64,000 nucleotides of DNA from Myxococcota bacterium (lineage in GTDB: Bacteria; Myxococcota; UBA4151). The translations under genes were made by a program, and so were the position numbers. The notes under the pieces were generated by a model. The model saw nothing but the letters and a program-made list of their open reading frames with translations, was not told the DNA's origin and ran no database searches. Numbering within the stretch: position 1 is the stretch's first letter; every line of letters starts with the position of its first letter. Where the stretch lies: the NCBI GenBank assembly GCA_036338695.1, contig JAYZBQ010000048.1, positions 32,001-96,000 of the forward strand, read 5' to 3'. Below are positions 60,228 to 64,000 of the stretch, piece by piece.

Positions 60228-61141
60228 CGCTGCTCCAACACCAACGGCGGCATCACCCGAGTGGGCACATAACGCAGCGTATAGGCTCCGCTGTAAAGGA
60301 TCTGATCGCCCTGCAGCCCTTCGACCACGAGATCCACCGTGCCGGCAGAGGCGATCACCCGACGCCACTCAGGCAGCTCCTCATCGCAGGCCCGCCGGAA
60401 CTCGACCTGACGCGTCAGCCCGTGCTGGCGCGCCCGGAGCGACACCTCCGATAACCCCACCTCAGCGCAGCTGACCGCGCTGCCATCGAGCCGCCGAAAG
60501 AGGACCTCAACTCGCCCCTGTGGGCTCTGGGCGGACACGAGATCAAGCCGGGAGGGCTCATCGCCGACGGGAAGTCGAGCCCCAGGCTCGACGGCGCGCA
60601 CCGACTTTTGCCGGCCCAGCACAATGCCCTCAACACTGCGCGCCTCAACCTGTATCTGCCACGTGCCTGGCCAAAGATGCTCGAGCAGCAGATCACCCGA
60701 CTGGCGGCATGGGATCTGACGTGTCTCTTCATCGCCCCAAGGGCGTGTCAGCGTCACGTAGTAGCGGTCGATACCCACCGCCTCACAGCCCGCAACACCC
60801 CCTAAGTGCGGCCAAAGCCAGAGCGCGCCGCGCGCCCCGGGCTCGGCCTGCATCACCACCACGGCTCCCACCGGCGCCGTACCTGTGGCGACCGCGCGCT
60901 CGGCGCGATCAAACAAGGTGGCGCGCACGGTCCGCTCACCCGCTGGCAGCTCCAGCCGGATCAGCTCGGTTTGTTCGCACGGCCCGTGGACGAGCTCACC
61001 CAGACCGCCGGCCTCCACCACGACGCGCGCGCCGCCGAGCTCCTGGCAGCTGCTGCGCGCAAGGCGCCAGCGAAGAGTGGTCTCCACCGTCTCAGGGGCT
61101 GCGCCGCACGCCGTCAGTGCGCCAAGCAGGAGCGCCCTCAA
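60224..61141 (-). CDS. Lipoprotein with three repeated Cys-pair beta modules
   Basis: Lipobox LTAC; ATGA-type overlaps with ugd and murI. Confidence 0.6.
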   Translation of the reverse strand: MRALLLGALTACGAAPETVETTLRWRLARSSCQELGGARVVVEAGGLGELVHGPCEQTELIRLELPAGERTVRATLFDRAERAVATGTAPVGAVVVMQAEPGARGALWLWPHLGGVAGCEAVGIDRYYVTLTRPWGDEETRQIPCRQSGDLLLEHLWPGTWQIQVEARSVEGIVLGRQKSVRAVEPGARLPVGDEPSRLDLVSAQSPQGRVEVLFRRLDGSAVSCAEVGLSEVSLRARQHGLTRQVEFRRACDEELPEWRRVIASAGTVDLVVEGLQGDQILYSGAYTLRYVPTRVMPPLVLEQR

Positions 61142-62442
61142 CGCCCGCGACCGATGCCGCAGTACCGCAAACCAGCGTCGCGAACTTCTTGCGGCGCCAG
61201 CAGGTTCCGACCGTCAAAAATCCAGTCGCCCGCGAGCGCCTGCCGCACCCGTTTTAATGAGGGGCTCCGATAGTCGTTCCAGTCCGTGCAGATCAGCAGC
61301 GCATCGCAGCCCTCAAGGGCTTCATACATCCCGTCCGCAAAGGTGACACCGTCGAGACCCAGCGCCTCAGCTGCCGGGCGCGCAACCGGGTCATGCGCCA
61401 CGACCGTGGCGCCGGCGTGGGTCAGCTCCGCGATCGTGTACAAGGAAGGCGCCTCGCGCAGGTCATCGGTATTGGCTTTAAAGGCGAGCCCCCACAGCGC
61501 GAACCGCTTTCCGCTGAGGTCTCCTTCAAAAACCTGCGCGGCGCGGCGCACGAGTACGGTGCGCTGATGGGCGTTGACGCGCTCGACCGCCTCGACCACC
61601 TCAAGGGGCGCGCCGACCGAGCGCGCCGTGCTCGCCAAGGCTTTGACATCTTTGGGAAAACACGAACCACCGTAGCCACACCCTGGGAACAAGAAGTGGG
61701 GACCAATCCGGCGGTCCGATCCCATACCGTAGCGTACATCGCTGATGTCTGCGCCGAGCTCATCGCATAGGTTTGCGAGCTCATTCATAAAGCTGATCCG
61801 GGTCGCTAACATAGCGTTTGAGGCATACTTGGTCAGCTCGGCGCTGCGCACGCTCATGCTCAGGACGCGCCGCTCGCGCCGGTTGAAGGGCGCGTAGAGC
61901 CGCTCAAGCTGCGCCTGACTCGTCGCATCGTCGCAGCCGATAATGATCCGGTCTGGCTTTTGAAAATCGGCGATCGCTGCCCCCTCTTTTAAGAACTCAG
62001 GGTTCGACGCCACGCGGTGCGCCAGCGCCGAGTGCTCCTTGAGCACCGCGCGGATCTGGTCGGCTGTGCCGACGGGGACCGTTGATTTGGTGACGATTAG
62101 CTTCTCGCTGCTCGCCTGCTCAGCGATCGAGCGAGCGACCGCGAGCACGTGGCTTAGGTCCGCTGAGCCGTCCTCATCCTCCGGGGTCCCGACGGCGATA
62201 AAAACCACCTCACTCGAACTTAAAGCGGCGGATAAATCCGTGGTAAAAGAAAGGCGACCTTTGCGTCGGTTGCGCTCGATCAGCGCCTCCAACCCCGGCT
62301 CATAGATGGGCACGCCGCCTGCGTTGAGCAGGTCGATTTTCGCCTGGCTGACGTCCACGCAGACCACTTGGTTTCCGGCGTCTGACAGGCAAGCGCCTGC
62401 GACCAAGCCTACGTAGCCGCTCCCGATGACCGCAAGTTCCAT
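61138..62442 (-). CDS. ugd: UDP-glucose 6-dehydrogenase
   Basis: GSGYVG, KSTVPVGT, SNPEFLKEG, GYGGSCFPKD, GLAFK. Confidence 0.95.
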   Translation of the reverse strand: MELAVIGSGYVGLVAGACLSDAGNQVVCVDVSQAKIDLLNAGGVPIYEPGLEALIERNRRKGRLSFTTDLSAALSSSEVVFIAVGTPEDEDGSADLSHVLAVARSIAEQASSEKLIVTKSTVPVGTADQIRAVLKEHSALAHRVASNPEFLKEGAAIADFQKPDRIIIGCDDATSQAQLERLYAPFNRRERRVLSMSVRSAELTKYASNAMLATRISFMNELANLCDELGADISDVRYGMGSDRRIGPHFLFPGCGYGGSCFPKDVKALASTARSVGAPLEVVEAVERVNAHQRTVLVRRAAQVFEGDLSGKRFALWGLAFKANTDDLREAPSLYTIAELTHAGATVVAHDPVARPAAEALGLDGVTFADGMYEALEGCDALLICTDWNDYRSPSLKRVRQALAGDWIFDGRNLLAPQEVRDAGLRYCGIGRGR

Positions 62443-62570
62443 AAGGGTGTGCTCCGTCCCTCGTTGCGGATAGAGGCCGCAGTGATTTGGCGCAAGGCAT
62501 ATGGGTTGCGCCTGAGCCTAATTTAGCACACCACCATGTCGTACCCTCATGGGTGCGCTCGGGGAAACTT

Positions 62571-63542
62571 ATGCGTGTGCTTGTCACCGGCGGCGCCGGA
62601 TTTATCGGATCTCACGTGGTGGAAGCGTTGCTTCGGCGCGGTGATGAGGTGACCGTCGTCGATAACTTCAACAGCTTCTACGACCCAGCGCTCAAGCGGC
62701 GCAACGTCGACGAGATGAAAACCGTCGGACCGGTTCGGCTCCTCGAGGGCGACCTGATGGACGCCGATCTGCGTGCGCGCGCCCTCGACGGCTGCGACGC
62801 GGTGATTCACCTAGCAGCGTGGGCAGGCGTTCGACCATCGATCGAGATGCCGGTGCGCTATGTCGAACAGAACGTGCTGATGCCGACGCTCTTGGTCGAG
62901 AGCATGCGCGCAGCGCAGATCAACCGCTTAGTGTGGGCGAGCTCGTCGAGCGTCTATGGGGAGAACGCACACCCGCCCTTCGCCGAGGACGCCAACATTC
63001 TCGCCCCGGTCAGCCCATACGCTGCGACGAAAGTCAGCGGCGAGGCGCTCGCCGCCTCGTTTGCGCACCTGTACGGGCTCCACATCACGTCGCTTCGGTT
63101 CTTTACCGTCTACGGACCACGACAGCGCCCTGAAATGGCGATCCACAAGTTCGCCCGCCTGCTCAAACAGGGGCGAGCGATACCCCGCTTTGGTGACGGC
63201 TCGACCAGCCGGGACTACACCTACATCGACGACATCGTCGGGGGCGTCCTCGGTGCGCTGGATCACCTCGAGGGCTATCAGGTCTATAACCTGGGCGAGT
63301 CGGACCGTGTCAGCCTGAGCCGCCTGATCGAGCTCTTAGCGCAGACCCTAGAGTGTCCCGCTCAAATCGACGAGCTGCCACGACAGGCGGGTGACGTCAG
63401 CCACACCAACGCAGACATCAACCGGGCGCAGCGCCAGATCGGCTACCGCCCTACCGTCCCGATCGACGAGGGCATCAGGCGCTTTTGTGACTGGTTCGTG
63501 GCGCGCCCTTATCTTTGGCGCGAGGACGGCACCGAGCGCTAG
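62571..63542 (+). CDS. NAD-dependent sugar epimerase (UDP-glucuronate 4-epimerase-like)
   Basis: [42 protein letters not shown]. Confidence 0.9.
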   Translation: MRVLVTGGAGFIGSHVVEALLRRGDEVTVVDNFNSFYDPALKRRNVDEMKTVGPVRLLEGDLMDADLRARALDGCDAVIHLAAWAGVRPSIEMPVRYVEQNVLMPTLLVESMRAAQINRLVWASSSSVYGENAHPPFAEDANILAPVSPYAATKVSGEALAASFAHLYGLHITSLRFFTVYGPRQRPEMAIHKFARLLKQGRAIPRFGDGSTSRDYTYIDDIVGGVLGALDHLEGYQVYNLGESDRVSLSRLIELLAQTLECPAQIDELPRQAGDVSHTNADINRAQRQIGYRPTVPIDEGIRRFCDWFVARPYLWREDGTER

Positions 63543-64000
63543 TCCTCGTCTTCGAGCACGCCCTCCTGACGGACCGCTGCTTTGCTCGAATCTTTCCGCG
63601 CCGCCTCGAGGTCGTCGAGATAGGTCTCGCTGACATCGCCGGTAATATAGCGCCCTGAGAACACCGAGTCTTCGTAGGTCGTCACGTCCGGGTTCCCCTC
63701 GGTCGCTGCGGCTCGTAGGTCATCGAGGTCTTGGTAGATCAACCAGTCAGCGCCGATGATCTCTTGCACCTGCTCGGTGGTTCGACCGTGGGCGATCAAC
63801 TCGCGTGCCGCCGGCATGTCGATCCCGTAGACATTTGGGTAGCGCACGGCCGGTGACGCCGACGCAAAATTGACGCTTTTGGCGCCCGCCTCGCGCGCCA
63901 TGCGGATGATCTCGCTGCACGTCGTGCCGCGTACGATGGAGTCATCGACGAGGAGGACGTTTTTATCACGGAACTCGAGCGAGATCGGGTTGAGCTTCTG
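63539..64000 (-). CDS. purF: Amidophosphoribosyltransferase (5' part outside window)
   Basis: [15 protein letters not shown] and [10 protein letters not shown] in frame; the ORF is open to the window edge. Confidence 0.93.
   Translation of the reverse strand, partial: QKLNPISLEFRDKNVLLVDDSIVRGTTCSEIIRMAREAGAKSVNFASASPAVRYPNVYGIDMPAARELIAHGRTTEQVQEIIGADWLIYQDLDDLRAAATEGNPDVTTYEDSVFSGRYITGDVSETYLDDLEAARKDSSKAAVRQEGVLEDED

Overview
GC-rich chromosomal window, most likely from a Myxococcota/deltaproteobacterial genome (Agl-Glt-type motor genes, an MglB homolog, MYXO-CTERM tails, myxobacterial Cys-rich repeats). I saw no mobile element, prophage, CRISPR array or rRNA; there is one tRNA-Leu(CAA). 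Layout: (1) 1-16.4 kb, minus strand: MglB-like gene with no mglA, periplasmic TPR genes, a contiguous GltD/E/F-AglR/Q/S-GltG-like motor cluster, coiled-coil and cNMP-binding genes, then an outer-membrane beta-barrel and an OPX (Wza-like) polysaccharide-export gene. (2) 16.4-22 kb: tRNA-Leu, lspA, secA, M23 peptidase, PP2C phosphatase. (3) 22-35.8 kb, plus strand: motA plus two motB genes coupled to nadK-recN-rarA-mutS2, an M16 peptidase pair and a GT2. (4) 35.8-41 kb: matrixin / TIMP-like / matrixin cassette and a flavoprotein. (5) 41-64 kb: argJ, rseP, a short PolA-family polymerase, a sigma54 regulator, an RCC1 lipoprotein, class I fumarase, two SNase-family nucleases, an Asp/Cys-repeat lipoprotein and repeat-bearing porin, metH, murI, ugd, an epimerase and partial purF. 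Best candidates for an undescribed system: the nuclease + Ca-repeat lipoprotein + repeat-porin operon (51.3-55.8 kb), the two asymmetric ion-driven motors, and the matrixin/TIMP-like cassette. All family assignments come from motif recognition by eye; no database search was run.
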